Under the pieces are notes generated by a model. The model was not told the origin of the DNA. It saw nothing but the letters and a program-made list of their open reading frames with translations, and searched no databases. DNA of 64,000 nucleotides, taken from Octopus bimaculoides. Lineage: Eukaryota. Shown here one piece after another: positions 26,472 to 39,800 of the stretch. The position numbers and the translations under genes were made by a program. Each line of letters opens with the position of its first letter. Within the stretch, counting starts at the first letter, position 1. The stretch spans positions 72,655,471 through 72,719,470 of the forward strand of contig NC_068986.1 of NCBI RefSeq assembly GCF_001194135.2. The letters are read 5' to 3'.

Positions 26472-26794
26472 NNNNNNNNNNNNNNNNNNNNNNNNNNNNN
26501 NNNNNNNNNNNNNNNNNNNNNNNNNNNNNNNNNNNNNNNNNNNNNNNNNNNNNNNNNNNNNNNNNNNNNNNNNNNNNNNNNNNNNNNNNNNNNNNNNNNN
26601 NNNNNNNNNNNNNNNNNNNNNNNNNNNNNNNNNNNNNNNNNNNNNNNNNNNNNNNNNNNNNNNNNNNNNNNNNNNNNNNNNNNNNNNNNNNNNNNNNNNN
26701 NGTTCACCAGTCCTCAGTCAAATCGTCCAACCCATGCTAGCATGGAAAGTGGACGTTAAACGATGATGATGATGATATATATATGTGTGTGTGT

Positions 26795-27025
26795 GTGTAG
26801 CTGTGTGGTAAGTAGCTTGCTTACCAACCACATGGTTCCGGGTTCAGTCCCACTGCGTGGTACCTTGGGCAAGTGTCTTCTACTATAGCCTTGGGCCAAC
26901 CAAAGCCTTGTGAGTGGATTTGGTAGACAGAAACTGAAAGAAGCCTGTCGTATAATATATGTGTGTGTTTGTGTGTGTGTGTGTGTGAATGTTTGTGTGT
27001 CTGTGTTTGTCCCCCAATATCGCTT
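26795..27025 (+). mobile_element. tRNA-derived SINE family A
   Basis: TAGCTGTGTGGTAAGTAGCTTGC head, GGGTTCAGTCCC B box, CCTTGGGCAAGTGTCTTCTACTATAGCC core. Further degraded copies at ~13240-13400(-), 22255-22400(-), 28740-29010, 32200-32450, 32915-33100, 37350-37500, 38330-38640, 41175-41340 and 42280-42410(-). Confidence 0.85.
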
Positions 27026-27239
27026 CACAATCGATGGAGCCTGGTGCAGCCGCTGGCTCTCCAGACCTCAGTCAAACTGTCCAACCCAGGCCAGCATGGA
27101 AAACGGACGTTAAACGATGAAGATGATGATGATGAGTGAGACAGAGATAAGTGTCTTGCTGTAGTTATATGGATACCACTTGGAAAGGAGAGGAGAGTAA
27201 GTTACAGACTAAGATAAGGGAAGTGTGTAGTCATATATA

Positions 27240-27455
27240 CATTCTTTTCTACTCCAGGCACAAGGCCCGAAATTTTGGGGGAGGGGCCAGTCAATTAGAT
27301 CGATCCCCAGTATGCAACTGGTACTTAATTTATCGATCCTGAAAGGATGAAAGACAAAGTCGACCTTGGCGGAATTTGAACTCAGAACGTAAAGACAGAA
27401 GAAATATGGCTAACCATTTCGCCTGGTGTGCTAATGTTTCTGCCAGCTCACTACC
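27240..27455 (-). mobile_element. Meta-type SINE with 12-bp TSD
   Basis: TAGTCATATATA at 27228-27239 and 27456-27467. Core GGTCGACTTTGTCTTTCATCCTTTCAGGATCGATAAATTAAGTACCAG on the minus strand. Confidence 0.85.
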
Positions 27456-29157
27456 TAGTCATATATATATTTGGAACAGTTTCCTATAAATTCATAAGTT
27501 ACCAAATTCCCTAGTGATTAATGCTATAAATCTTATTCTCCTAACAAACAACTTAAAAAGTACCTAAAGAAAACATTCCTTACAATAAATATTAACTATT
27601 GCAGAACCTTTTACAGCTACAGTCGACTACCATCATATACTCCCTTTCTTCCTCCTCCCCTGTGTCTATGATTCTTTCACTCTCACTTTGTGTGTTGCAT
27701 TTCTTTACTCATTGGCTTCCAAAGAGCCTAATATATGCATTCATCCAGCACCTCTCTGTATCTCTCTTTTATTTCCTCTTCTTATCTCTTTATATGATGT
27801 ACAGCACAAAGAAATCAACCAACCAACATATTGGTTATTATTTTATAGAGATAGAACATGCACACATACACACACACATACATACAATACATATACACAC
27901 ACATACACATATACAGTACATATACACATATATATGGTTGGGTAAACCAACTGCTTCTTTATTTTCTTCAACCAACTTGTCAAGTTTATCATGCTATTGT
28001 AGGTGTGTGTATGTGTGTGTAAAGCATGTGTCTTTTATTTGGCATCCATCAACTGTGTAACTTTTCTCATCTTTACCATCCTCCTATTGCTTGTCAATTT
28101 CAATGTTTCTCTATCAACTCGATGTTAAATCAATCTCTTTCTCTCTCTCCTTTGTACAATGTAAAATGTAACTGGAGAAATCAAGCAATCAACTAACATT
28201 TTTATCAGCTTATTATAATATAGAGATGACACTCATTTAATAACTGCTGAAGGTGTTAAAGTTAACAACTTTGTAATTATTCTGTCCAGGCTACTGAAAC
28301 ATTACCAAACTTTTAGATTACACATGTTGAGTTTGGTTAAATTTTTTTAAGCTTTTCTAATTATATCTTTCTATGTATTGAGCCTGAAATCCTGAAAATT
28401 AAGACTTTGAACTTGGAGTTTTAATGTTTGAGACAATTGCATTAGGGAATTGTAGACTTTAGTATTAATTTTTTTTATGCATTCACTTCAAGTTTTCTTT
28501 CATATAAGACGTGAATCTACAGACCGGAGGTAGTAGTTTCATTAATTTTCCATGAATAATATACAATACTCATAAATTTTAAATTGTTGTATCCCTGAGT
28601 TTTAGTTTCTAGCAAAAAAAAATGAATATTAACTCGATTTAGATGGAAAATATTAACATTGTAACAAACTATCAAAAACTGCACCTATGTTTATGTTGAA
28701 AAACAAAGTTATAAAATGATATTTGCTTAGATGATTATAGAACTTTGTTTAGCCTTAGGCCAATCAAAGCTTTGTGAGTGGATTTGGTGAATGGAAACTG
28801 AAGGAAGCTTGTTGTGTATGCCTTTGTATTTCTGTTTGTTCTCCAACACCACTTTACAACTGGTGTTCATGTGGTTACATTCCTGTAACTTAGCAGTTCA
28901 GCAAAAGAAACCAATAGAATAAGTACCAGACTTTAGAAAACAATAAGTACTGGGGTTGAATTATTTGACTAAAAAATTCTTTAATGTGGTGCCACAGTAC
29001 AAGTAAAAGGTAAAAGATAGAAAATAGTTATTATATAATTGCTTTGTCAGAAATTGAGAATCTTAAATAATATGCAAAAAGAAGAAAATTATATAAAACA
29101 ATAAATTAAATATGAATTCATGTGACCAAAAGAAAAATATTCTTGTATTTTTTTCAG

Positions 29158-29405
29158 AGATGAAAAGCATGTCAACGGCAGCTCTGAATGAGTTACTTGC
29201 CCAATTTGAGCTGACCATAAAAGAGCTATCAGAAACTCTAGTCACTGAACTAGCCTTACGTGATGAGCTTGAATATGACAAGGAACTCAAGAATCAGTTC
29301 ATCTCTCTACTGCTGACTCTTCAGAAAAAAAGACGTGAAAACAATGTTGACAAAAAGAAGAAAAGAGTAAAAGTTAATAATGCATTGGCAGAAGGTGCTG
29401 GAACA
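29158..29405 (+). CDS. FEZ1/FEZ2 (unc-76): FEZ/UNC-76 coiled-coil exon, phase 1-0
   Basis: TTTTCAG| acceptor and ACA|GTAAGT donor. Encodes EMKSMSTAALNELLAQFELTIKELSETLVTELALRDELEYDKELKNQFISLLLTLQKKRRENNVDKKKKRVKVNNALAEGAGT (cf. LARRDELEFEKEVKNSFI). Confidence 0.96.
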
Positions 29406-30730
29406 GTAAGTATATATGAAATTTGTTTTAATGTTCCATACATTGCTTCCAGGGTAACTAGGGACATCATAGGACTTATCTGGACCACTTTCCAACACTT
29501 CACTTCTCTCTCTCTTATCATTGTTTACTTGAGCTGTCTCACCATCTTCAAATATATACATAAGGGACATCAGATCTACATGTATCCACTTGAGTAACAA
29601 AGGTATCATGGGACTTGATGAAATTTGGTTGCCATGAAAGGTTATTATAGATTGCAGTGAGTGTCTTGCTTTGAGCTGTGTATTTTCTATGAATGGATTA
29701 ATACACCATTTGCAGCTTCTTTACAATAAAATATATAATGCATGTGTTTTGTCATTATTGGTTATTTTGTCACCTTTGTAGAATATTGTTTTAGGTTTCT
29801 ATTGGGAAGAATTGTGTTTCAGTGTAGATAATGTAACACACTGAAAAGCATTTATATTTTTAATATAGCTTTAACCTTTTTGACAGAAACTTTTAAAGTA
29901 AAGAATTGCATTATCTCCTGGCTCTACAAGTTATAAAACTGTTCCAATATAATGTACTGCTATTATCCTCTATTCATTATACACAGCTAATGAAAATCTA
30001 TCTTTTTGATTGATAAACTCTCTAAAATTCCCTGCCAATTGCCATATTATATTCTCTGTTCCTGTTATAACTGACTTACATGGGTATCATACTTCTACTT
30101 GCTAAAACTTTCTATCTGTTCCTTGCTGTCTCTTTAAACCCAATCCTAAACATAATTGTTCTAAGTTCTAAGGAATACCACTCTTTTTTCCTTATGCATT
30201 TTATAATGTACTCATCTCCATTCTCCAAACTCTATATCAACCACCAATCTCATTTATAGGCCCTTCCTCTCACTCTACTAATCAAAGTGGGACTGAATTT
30301 CTATTAATAAATCTCCTCCAGAGAGATTGTTTAGAACTTTATCTGCTTCTGTGAACAGAAAAATCTAATTCTTCCCCTCCAGAAATATTTAGATAAATTA
30401 AATGTTTGCAATGATAATATTTGTTTTATTCCTTAAACTTTATTTAATATAAATTTTAATTACTTAGTATCTTATAAATTTAGTTATCATAAATCCAATA
30501 AAACATTTTTCTTATGGGATTTTTCTATAAAGAGTGCATCAAACTATACATTTGATATTTTTTATCTTTGTCATGATGCTCAGTATAAAAGTTGTCATAG
30601 ATGTTTTACTTTAACCTTTCAGTATAATATAAGGTACACATTTAAATGTTTCCTCTTCCTTTATTTTTCTTTTTTGCTGAAACCTGATCCGAGGGGATAA
30701 TCTTGCTTATATTGGAATGAATTTTTGATT

Positions 30731-30768
<38 letters not shown>

Positions 30769-31695
30769 CTTTTTCAAAATGATAAATTGCATAGATAAAT
30801 TATGCCATAATTCATTTAGCAATACCCACTCTTGCACATATGATGCTTTCCTTCATTCTTTCCTAACATTCTGCACTGACTCCATGAAGAAACACCTTCA
30901 AAAACATCTTCAGTAGACTCGTGCCAATTTTATCCCCTTTTACAACTCAGAGACACATTTCACTATCATATCACAAAAGCATTATCATACTTTAGTCCCC
31001 CAGATGTAAACCACTTCAAATGCTAGGTCTCACCACCATTGAGGATCTCACCCAGTGAACATTCATCCTCAGCATAGTAAAAACTGCATCATAAAAACAA
31101 GGCCTTCTCTTCAAAGCCAGAAAATACTTCAACTTTCTACAAAGCTCAGGTGAGACCTCACATCTGAGACTCAGTTTCTGCTACACACACAAACACCCTA
31201 GATTACACCCAAAGAAAAACCACTTAATCATTATGATGTTATCAGCTAACATACTTCTACCTTTGGTCCATAGACATGTTGTCTATTCTCCCTGTCTTTT
31301 TTTACCACTACAATGGCTTTTACTCCATGTAGCTGGTCTTGTGTCACCTCTTCTCCATATTGTGTCAACCCTCCCGCACCCTGCACCAACCACTATACTC
31401 GGTCTTTCCTTTTGAGAATTTTGGCCCTCTAGAAATTGTCTTCTGCACATGTTTTTCCTGTAACCATTGATCTTACCAGTTCCAGGAAGGCTCTGAAGGT
31501 TATGGGCATAGACCCTTCCTGCAGACCTCTGAAGGCCATGAACGCTGACCCTTTCTCCAAGCCAAATCATTAGAAAATTTTTAATTTTTTAAAAATTGAT
31601 AATAGGGAAATATTTTCCAAATTGTCAAGATCATTCAATTCTTTCTTACACAGTTACAAAACTCTTATTAAATAAAATGATTATTCTTTTTACAG

Positions 31696-31771
31696 TATCT
31701 AACTACAGTTATTCCTTATCACCCCTTCCTTGGACCACCGGCCTCTGAACAACTCCAAATTTACATTAAAA
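31696..31771 (+). CDS. FEZ1/FEZ2 (unc-76): FEZ/UNC-76 coding exon, phase 0-1
   Basis: TTTTTACAG| acceptor and A|GTAAGT donor. Encodes YLTTVIPYHPFLGPPASEQLQIYIK (cf. YLNTVIPYEKKASPPSVEDLQ). Confidence 0.95.
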
Positions 31772-33112
31772 GTAAGTTATTGGTTTTTATTCCTGCATTT
31801 CTTTTCTTTGGAGCTTTTTTTTCTTAATCAGAAGAAATGCCATATACTTGCAATAATTGTCAGTACCTCACATGTTGAAGTATCAAATTCTGCTTGAAGA
31901 ATTGGAAGTAATGTTTTCAAATTCTACTTAACATAATTTATCTAATTGGGAAATAGCTATATAAGTACTATAAAACATAACAAAAAAAACCTTTCCTTTC
32001 CTGATTTCTAGAAAATCATTTTCAAAGACTTATTTGTTAAAGTAAGATAACCACTACAAAGAAATGGCTATGTTTAGAAACAGAGCCAGGGTTATAGTTG
32101 AACAAACTTTAACATGTAAGACTTCAAATAGGAGAATGTAATGCTAGTTTACATTGTATACTTTACAGCTGTTGGTCAATTGATACAGTTAATAACCTCA
32201 AACTGTGTGAGTTTGGTTGATAGAAATTGTGTGGAAGCCTGTTGTGCATGTCTTTATGTCTGTCCTACCACCACCACCTATTGACAACTAATGTTAATTT
32301 GTTTACATCCTCATAACTTCACAGTTCAACAAGAGACAAAATAGTAACCTTAAAAAAATGCACTGGGGTTGATTTGATCAACTAAACCCTTCAAAGTGGT
32401 GTCCAAGCATAGCCAAAATCCTATGACTGAAGCAAGTAAAAGAATATATCTAAAACTAATAGCATCAACAGACTTATTTCATGTTACAGAGCTTGTTTAT
32501 TTAAAACTGGCCCAGGATACTTACAACAAAAGCAAATACATATTGTATGTATTTAGAAAACCATTGCGGAAACGTTTACTGTTATTAGAATGACTCTGTT
32601 TCAAAAATTGGTGTATAACTGTAGTAAAATTGATCACAATTTACTTAATCCCTAAAGGATTAATAATACTTTCAACTTCTCATTCCACTCATTTGCCTTT
32701 TCATCTCAACAAAAAGTGAAAAATTTGCTCAGATTACATTTTTATGACAATTTAGATGAGTTTTACAAATAGTGTTGTTGTCAGTGATGGTGGTGGTGGT
32801 GTCTATTATGGAATAAGAAGCCATGTTGATTTTGGGCTCTAACTTTTCGCCAAAATCTCTTTTTCTACCTTCCTTGGTGGTTGTTTGCTTGATATGTTTT
32901 TGTATAGTAGGTGCAGGTGTAGCTGTGTGATTAAGAAGCTTGCTTTCCAACCATATGGTTTGGGGTTCAGTCCCACTGCTCAGCACCTTGGGCAAGTGTC
33001 TTCTACTATAGCCTCAGGCCAAATAGAACATTGTGAATGGATTTGGTGGACACAAACTAAAAGAAACTTGTGTGCATATTTATGTGTGTGTGTGTGTATG
33101 TANNNNNNNNNN

Positions 33113-33166
<54 letters not shown>

Positions 33167-33899
33167 ACTTCATAATAATCCTTATTATTGATATACATAT
33201 ATGTGTGTGTGTATATGTATATATATATGCTATGCTACTTCATCACCCATTACACTCTCAGAGTGGTTGGCGTTAGGAAGGGTATCCAGCTGTAGAAAAC
33301 CATGCCAAATCAGACTGGAGTCTGGTGCAGCCTTCCAGCCCTGGTCAAACTGTCCAACCCATGCCAGCATGGACAATGGACCTTAAGTGATGATGATAAT
33401 ATATATATATATATGTCTTACGTTTAAGATGATCCCCATACATTTCCCTGAGGAGAAGTTTACATTTTTAACATCGACGATTCCTATGGATCGCATAAAT
33501 TGTAATTCTTTGAAACATATGTCGGAATAAAGTATGCAGTTATAACATGCGTTCACTCCATTCCTTAAATTTATATATACTCAAATACCCAAAATATCAA
33601 GGAGTTTCTGCCTCAAAAACAGGAATTACACCACAGTTATTTTGTGATCTTTGCTACCTTGGTTTTTATTAACCCATTTATTCTATCCGAATTATTATTA
33701 ATTAGGATAAAATAAATACATATAATTAAATATATATATAATGACACTCCAGTAGGGATACTGAATGTTCTGAATTGTTTCAAATCTACAAAATTTTCAT
33801 TTTCTCTTTAAAAAATGATGCTCAGTGATCCTGTATTAATGTTTAAACCAGTAAAATAAGAGTGAGAGAGTGAAAAGAGCATAACCGAGAAAGTGAGAA

Positions 33900-35420
33900 G
33901 GGGATTCTCTTTTGCAAGTTGTTACATTCATAATGCTATAATTGAAACTGATGGTGATATCATTGTCATGGTAACAAAAACATGGCCAAAGAATGATAAC
34001 AATAAAGGCAATAGTGTCACCACTAATACCAATGGACAGAAAAACAGGGAAAAAAAAGGAACAAAAACCACAACAGCAAAAGTAAGAATTTTCCAAGTTT
34101 TATAGTCCTATGGAAGATAAAGTACATTAACATCAACCACAATGTTGCCTTCACTACAAGTGATAATTGTACCATCTCTTCTACCATCACCAATATAGCT
34201 GCTACCAGATTGACTGTGGCTTCTGGAAACACTACTACTAATAACAGCTGATATGGTGAGAACACATTTTGGATTGATGGTCATATATAGTACAAGTCAC
34301 ACCAACACTAATACAGTTGATACCTCTTCCAGCACCAGTACCTCATTCTCTGAGGCAGTTGGGAGCACCACGAGCAACAGCAACATTAGCAGAGAGAAGG
34401 CCAGCTCCTTTGCAGGAGTTGCCTAAAATATTGAGTATATACTTCTGCAGGAAAAGATAATTGAATTGCATGCAGGAATTTGTTAACTTTGAAAGCCAAA
34501 TAGCTTCTTGGCTAGTACCAAGAAACCATTTGGAAAAGAAATAGCCCAGAAAATAGTACACTGGTGTCTGGTGTGTATTGGTTAAACTGTTGAGAGGAAA
34601 TAGCCACCTATGCCCAAGTAGAAAAGTGCTTGATAGGAATTTCTAGTGATATCAACTTTATCACTCAACCCAAACAATATGATAGTATCAAGGTTGGATT
34701 CCTCTCTGGAGCACATGTGCAAAGGCATTCTATTGTCCTATGCATTAGAGTGAAGATCTTATCATTCTGCCATACTTGGTCAAGCATGTAGTGAAGATTA
34801 AAATTTCAGACATGCCACTGGAATTAGATGTCTGGTGAGAGGTGGTGTGTATTGTTCTAGAGAGAGCCATTTCTCTTCTAGAAGTTAAGAAACATTAACA
34901 GAAAAACTAGTCTGGAATTGGGTTGAAAGTTATCATGCAAGTCAAACTAAAAAATCTAGACAAAATTACATATATACAACTTCTCATTGGACAAAACCTA
35001 AATATTGTTGTGGAAGAGAAGAGAGTGAGGTGATAGTACCAACCAATTGAAGGTTCTCTGCCCACAACAAAAAGAAGCAAAAAGAAAGCTTGCACCTCCA
35101 TAACAACAACTATAACAAAGCATGCACCAGTAAAAACAAACACAGTTGCAACATCAGCAGCTAAAACAAAATAGACAACCAGAGTAACAACAAAATCTGA
35201 ATCAACAACTACAGAAGCAGTAGCAACAACAGAATCTGCAACATACAACAGTAAACCATGATGTCAAACCCATGGAAACCTTCCTGCAATGACCTCACAG
35301 TTCACCATAGACAACACAAGCACACACATAGCCATAGACTCATCTCTCCCTTCAGCTACTACAGACCTCCCTGGACCAGAGATGTTGCCAAGCCATGATG
35401 CTGAAGTCGGAAACAAAACC
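33900..35420 (+). pseudogene. Decayed coding-like block, probably a LINE ORF1 (gag-like) remnant with Thr/Ser-rich low-complexity flanks
   Basis: Broken frames read EEIATYAQVEKCL...IKVGFLSG, LPYLVKHVVKIKISDMPLELDVW and YIQLLIGQNLNIVVEEK, followed by ACA-rich Thr tracts. Many stops and no splice structure. The family assignment is pattern recognition only. Confidence 0.45.
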
Positions 35421-35657
35421 GAAGAAGCATTATACTAGATGATAATACTATAACAAAATAAAAGTGAATATAATGGTGTATATGTGTTTTAATTGATTAT
35501 AATACTATATCATGATCTGCAAGTTTTATTTTATCTAAATAAAAGTATTGACAGACTTGCCATGAAAAATAAGTGTTGGCAATAAAATTATCTGTGTGGA
35601 TTGTTTTTTCTTTGATATTTAATTATTTAATAACTTGTTTCTTGCATCTATTTTTAG

Positions 35658-35723
35658 TTTTGCAGGCAATCAATGAAGACAGTAGCCAAGTACCAACATT
35701 GTTGACTGACTACATCTTGAAAG
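35658..35723 (+). CDS. FEZ1/FEZ2 (unc-76): FEZ/UNC-76 coding exon, phase 1-1
   Basis: TTTTTAG| acceptor and G|GTTAGT donor. Encodes ILQAINEDSSQVPTLLTDYILK (cf. ILFAMKEDNEKVPTLLTDYILK). Confidence 0.95.
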
Positions 35724-35808
35724 GTTAGTATGATGCAGGCAGATGAACATATCTAGAAAGTTTGTTCATAAGTTATATTGTAATGTCATCTAAAATGTAT
35801 TTCATTAA

Positions 35809-36026
35809 CCCTTTCGTTGCCAACCCAGCTGAAACCGGCTCTGGCTCTGAGAACAAATGTCTTGTTTTCATAAGTTTTGAATTAAAATCTTCCACCAAAC
35901 CTTAGTCACAATTTAGATTCCCAACACTAGCTGAATAACTAAGTTATTTTAACTAAATTCTTTGTTATATTTAAAGTAATTGAAAGAAACAGAGAGCATC
36001 TCAAAATTAATACAGTAATGAAAGGG
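35809..36026 (+). mobile_element. TTAA-flanked MITE (piggyBac-like), copy 1
   Basis: TTAA|CCCTTTC...GAAAGGG|TTAA; 218 bp, non-coding. Confidence 0.85.
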
Positions 36027-36617
36027 TTAACATGAATAAAAATCCTACTGCTCAATCTGTGACAAGTGACTCCAGGAATAAAAGTTGAAATGATGACATA
36101 ACCCCAGAAATCCTCAACACAAAGTAACTTGAGACTAAGTCATGCTAACCATTCAAAAAGCAAGGGCTAGGATGATATAAATTTATATAAACCCAAACAT
36201 TCAGAATACTAAGACAGTACTCCTACATATCACAGGATTTCCTACTTTTAATAGCAATGACAAATATAATACTATGTGCATAATAGTATTTATCATCATT
36301 ATTATCATTTAACATCCATTTTCCATGTTAGCATGGTTTTGATAGGAGCTGGCAAGCTAGAAGATTATGCGAAACTCCAGTGGTTTCTGCTAAAAACAAT
36401 GAGGTAAGAGGAAAATAATCTAAAAAACAGCAAGAAAATACAAGTTTAATAGCCTCTCTTGGACTCCCCAAAAGTAATCACTTACCTGTAACTATAGAGT
36501 AGCCATTCAATATCTTCTTGAAGGTAAGTACCTTTATAAGTAACATAATCTACAATTGCAATATCATTACCAAGCTAGCAGTAGATATTATATCAGTTCT
36601 ACTCTGAGCCCCATTAA

Positions 36618-36837
36618 CCCTTTCCTTACTGTATTTATTTTGAGATGCTCTGTGTTTCTTTCAATTGTTTTAAATATAACAAAGAATTTAGTAAAATAAC
36701 TTAGTTATCATTAAGCTGGTGTTAGGAACATAAATTGTGACTAAGGTTTGGTGGAAGATTTTAATTCAAAACTTATGAAAACAAGACATTTGTACTCAGA
36801 GTCAGAGCCGGTTTCAGCTGGGTTGGTAACGAAAGGG
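36618..36837 (-). mobile_element. TTAA-flanked MITE, copy 2 (inverted relative to copy 1)
   Basis: TTAA|CCCTTTC...GAAAGGG|TTCA. Its reverse complement aligns end-to-end with 35809-36026. Confidence 0.85.
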
Positions 36838-39800
36838 TTCAGTGCTGTTATAATACATTTGCTAACAAAAAAATTAAGCCACCCAACATCACAAGCAGAA
36901 TATATATGGAGTTTAAAATCTCAGGGTATTGTTTTCGTATTGCAATGAGTATTATAGCCCCAGTGCCAACATGTACAGGTAACAAAAAACAGGTGTAGGT
37001 TTTGCACAATTGAATCTCTTAAAATACTTGTAGATGGTAATAAATTACTAAATCACAAAAACAAAAGTATAATTTCATGCATACATAAAGTTTTCAGAAA
37101 TTTTGAAATCTCCAAAAAAAACATCTACTAAGTAAAAAAGTAAGGTAAAGTGCAAACCATGCATCTATTTCTAATTACCAAAATAGAAAATTAAAGTCAA
37201 ATATTAATACCCTAATCATCCATCTAAAAAGAAGCTCATGCTATTCTACTGAAATTATTGTTGTTATTCTAATTATTGTCTTCTAATTGTTATTAATGTT
37301 AAGTTTTTTTTTCTCTACATAGCCACTATATACCTATAGTGCATAAAGAGCAGGAATGGCTGTGTGGTTGAGAAGTTCACTTCTTACCACATGGTTTCAG
37401 TTCAGTTCCTCAGTAGCACTTTGAGCAAGTGTCTTCTGCTGTAGCCTTAGACCAATCAAAGCCTGAAAAAAACTGAAAGAAGCCTTTTGTGTATTTATAC
37501 GAGTGTGTGTGTGGGGGGGGGGGGTGATCGTTGTAAATAGGTGATGTTCTTTGTTTTCAGTCATCTGTGAAAACATATCCAACTACAGGGAAATATTACC
37601 CTACTCAGAAACAGATGAGTGTTGGCATCTAACTGTAGAAAATCTACTTCAGCCCATGCAAGTATAGAAAGATAGAAAGTGCACATTAAAATGACAATGA
37701 TGTACATATTTGTATGAGCATAAATATAAGGACCCACATAGTTATTAATGTATATGAGTATATATGCAATTATACATATAGTTGTACATTTGTATATGTA
37801 TGGGTGTGTGTGTGTTATATACATTTCTACATAGGTATATGTATGTACATGTGTGTTTGCATTTATTTGAGTACATCTGTACAAGCATGTGTGTGTTTAT
37901 GAATGTATTTGCAGTTATGTGTGTGCATAGTATATGTAAGTGTATATAAATGTAAGCATGTACTCTATTTTTTTTTAATTAGCAGAAAGTAACAAAAGTG
38001 ACTCAAGGGCCACTTATCAAAATGTCTTCAAGTCAGGGAGTTTGTTGCTTTATATAGTGTATTATAATTCTTTCTTGAACACTTGATTAAAAATTAAATC
38101 AGGAGGTCATGTGAAGAACGTGTCTATTCACAGGAAAATATGTAATCTTTATTTATTTATCTATTTGTTTACTTTTGTAACTGTTCAGTTTACAGGCAGA
38201 TTATTTAAAATACGTGCATTTTTCATACAGTTTTCTAATTTCATTTTTAATTGAATGCTCCAGAAAGAGTTATAATTCATTCTATATGATGAGCTTGATA
38301 AATGTCATGCACTATTGCATGGCACCTTGAATAAGTGTCTTCTACATAGCCCTGTGCTGATCAAAGCCTTGTCAGTGGATTTAGTTGACTAAAATTGAAA
38401 GATGCCCATTATATATCTATGTGTGTATATGTTTATCTCTACCACTACTTGACAACCAATGTTAGTTTCTTTACATCCCTGTAACTTAGCAGTTTGGAAA
38501 AAGAGACCAATAGAATAAGTACCAGGTTTAAAAATAAATAAATAAATACTGGGGTTGTTTTGTTCAGCTAAACCCTTCAAGGTGGTGCTCCAGCATGACA
38601 TGCAATCCAGTGACTGAAACAAGTAAAGGATGAAAGATAAAGATTCTTGTTTTGAGTTCTATTGTTCTTGTTTGTCCTACTAAACTTGTGAACGTGTGTG
38701 TGTGTGTCTGTGCATATGTGTGTGTATGTCTATATGTATATATGTGTGTGTGTGCTTATGTATATGTAAATACGTGTACATATATGTATATATGTGTTTG
38801 TCTATAAATACACACACACACACACCCAAGTATTTATTGGTTAGCTGTCAAGTATATATAAAATGTATGATTGTTCTGTTGGAAGCTTTGAAATTTGATA
38901 CCTGCAGTTATTGATGCCCATTAACACTGGCACAGTGGGGGTAAAAAGTATTCCCTTCTCTACTATTATAAAGAAACTTCTCTACTCTTTTCACTTCGAA
39001 TTGAATATTTTTTTTTAATCTATTTTAGCACACTAGTTATGGTCTTTGATACAATAACACTACCCAATGTCCTTTATAAATCCCAAAGGTTATTTATGTT
39101 TGTTATGCAATATCTGAATATTTTATGACAGTCTGTTTATCAGTTTTCCCAGTATAATGGATATTATTGATACTAACATACATGTAAGATGATGTAACTA
39201 AATAATTTATGAGCAAACTCCAGTTTTGTTCTGTTCATATACTTTGTGATCTTTCAAGTTACTGAGACCAGTGAAAAGAAATTTGAACTATGATATGACT
39301 ACTCTTTATAGTTTTCTCTTTTGATACATAAGGATGTGTTTGGGGTTCTAAATACTGGTTATATGTTATGAAATTTAGATTTAAATCATACTATATAATT
39401 ATATTATATATACAAACACATCTGTAGGTATACTGTTTTGTAGACAGACAAACATACATACATGCCAATGTGCATATATACAATATAGATACAGAATAAC
39501 ATGACTAACACAATTTCCTCTTATTTACATTACATTATTACTTATTACATAACATTATTATTATGTTGAATCTATTCATACATTTATTGTCTATTTCATG
39601 TAATTTTAATATATGGCCAGTCTCTATCAGAAATACTTTCCACCCGAAACTCTATAATCTCACCCAGAATGTATCAGCCACTTGCATGCAGCCCTGTCTT
39701 AAATATATATCTATGCCTCGTGATCAATTACTGTTAACCTTTTACATTTACTGCTCATGCCTGATATTAAGTACCAGTTGAGCACTGGGGTCAATTTAAT

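Noticed and set aside
29112-29597. 161-aa ORF as a stand-alone gene
   Set aside because: Only 29158-29405 is FEZ-homologous and bounded by AG/GT. The rest is intronic read-through.
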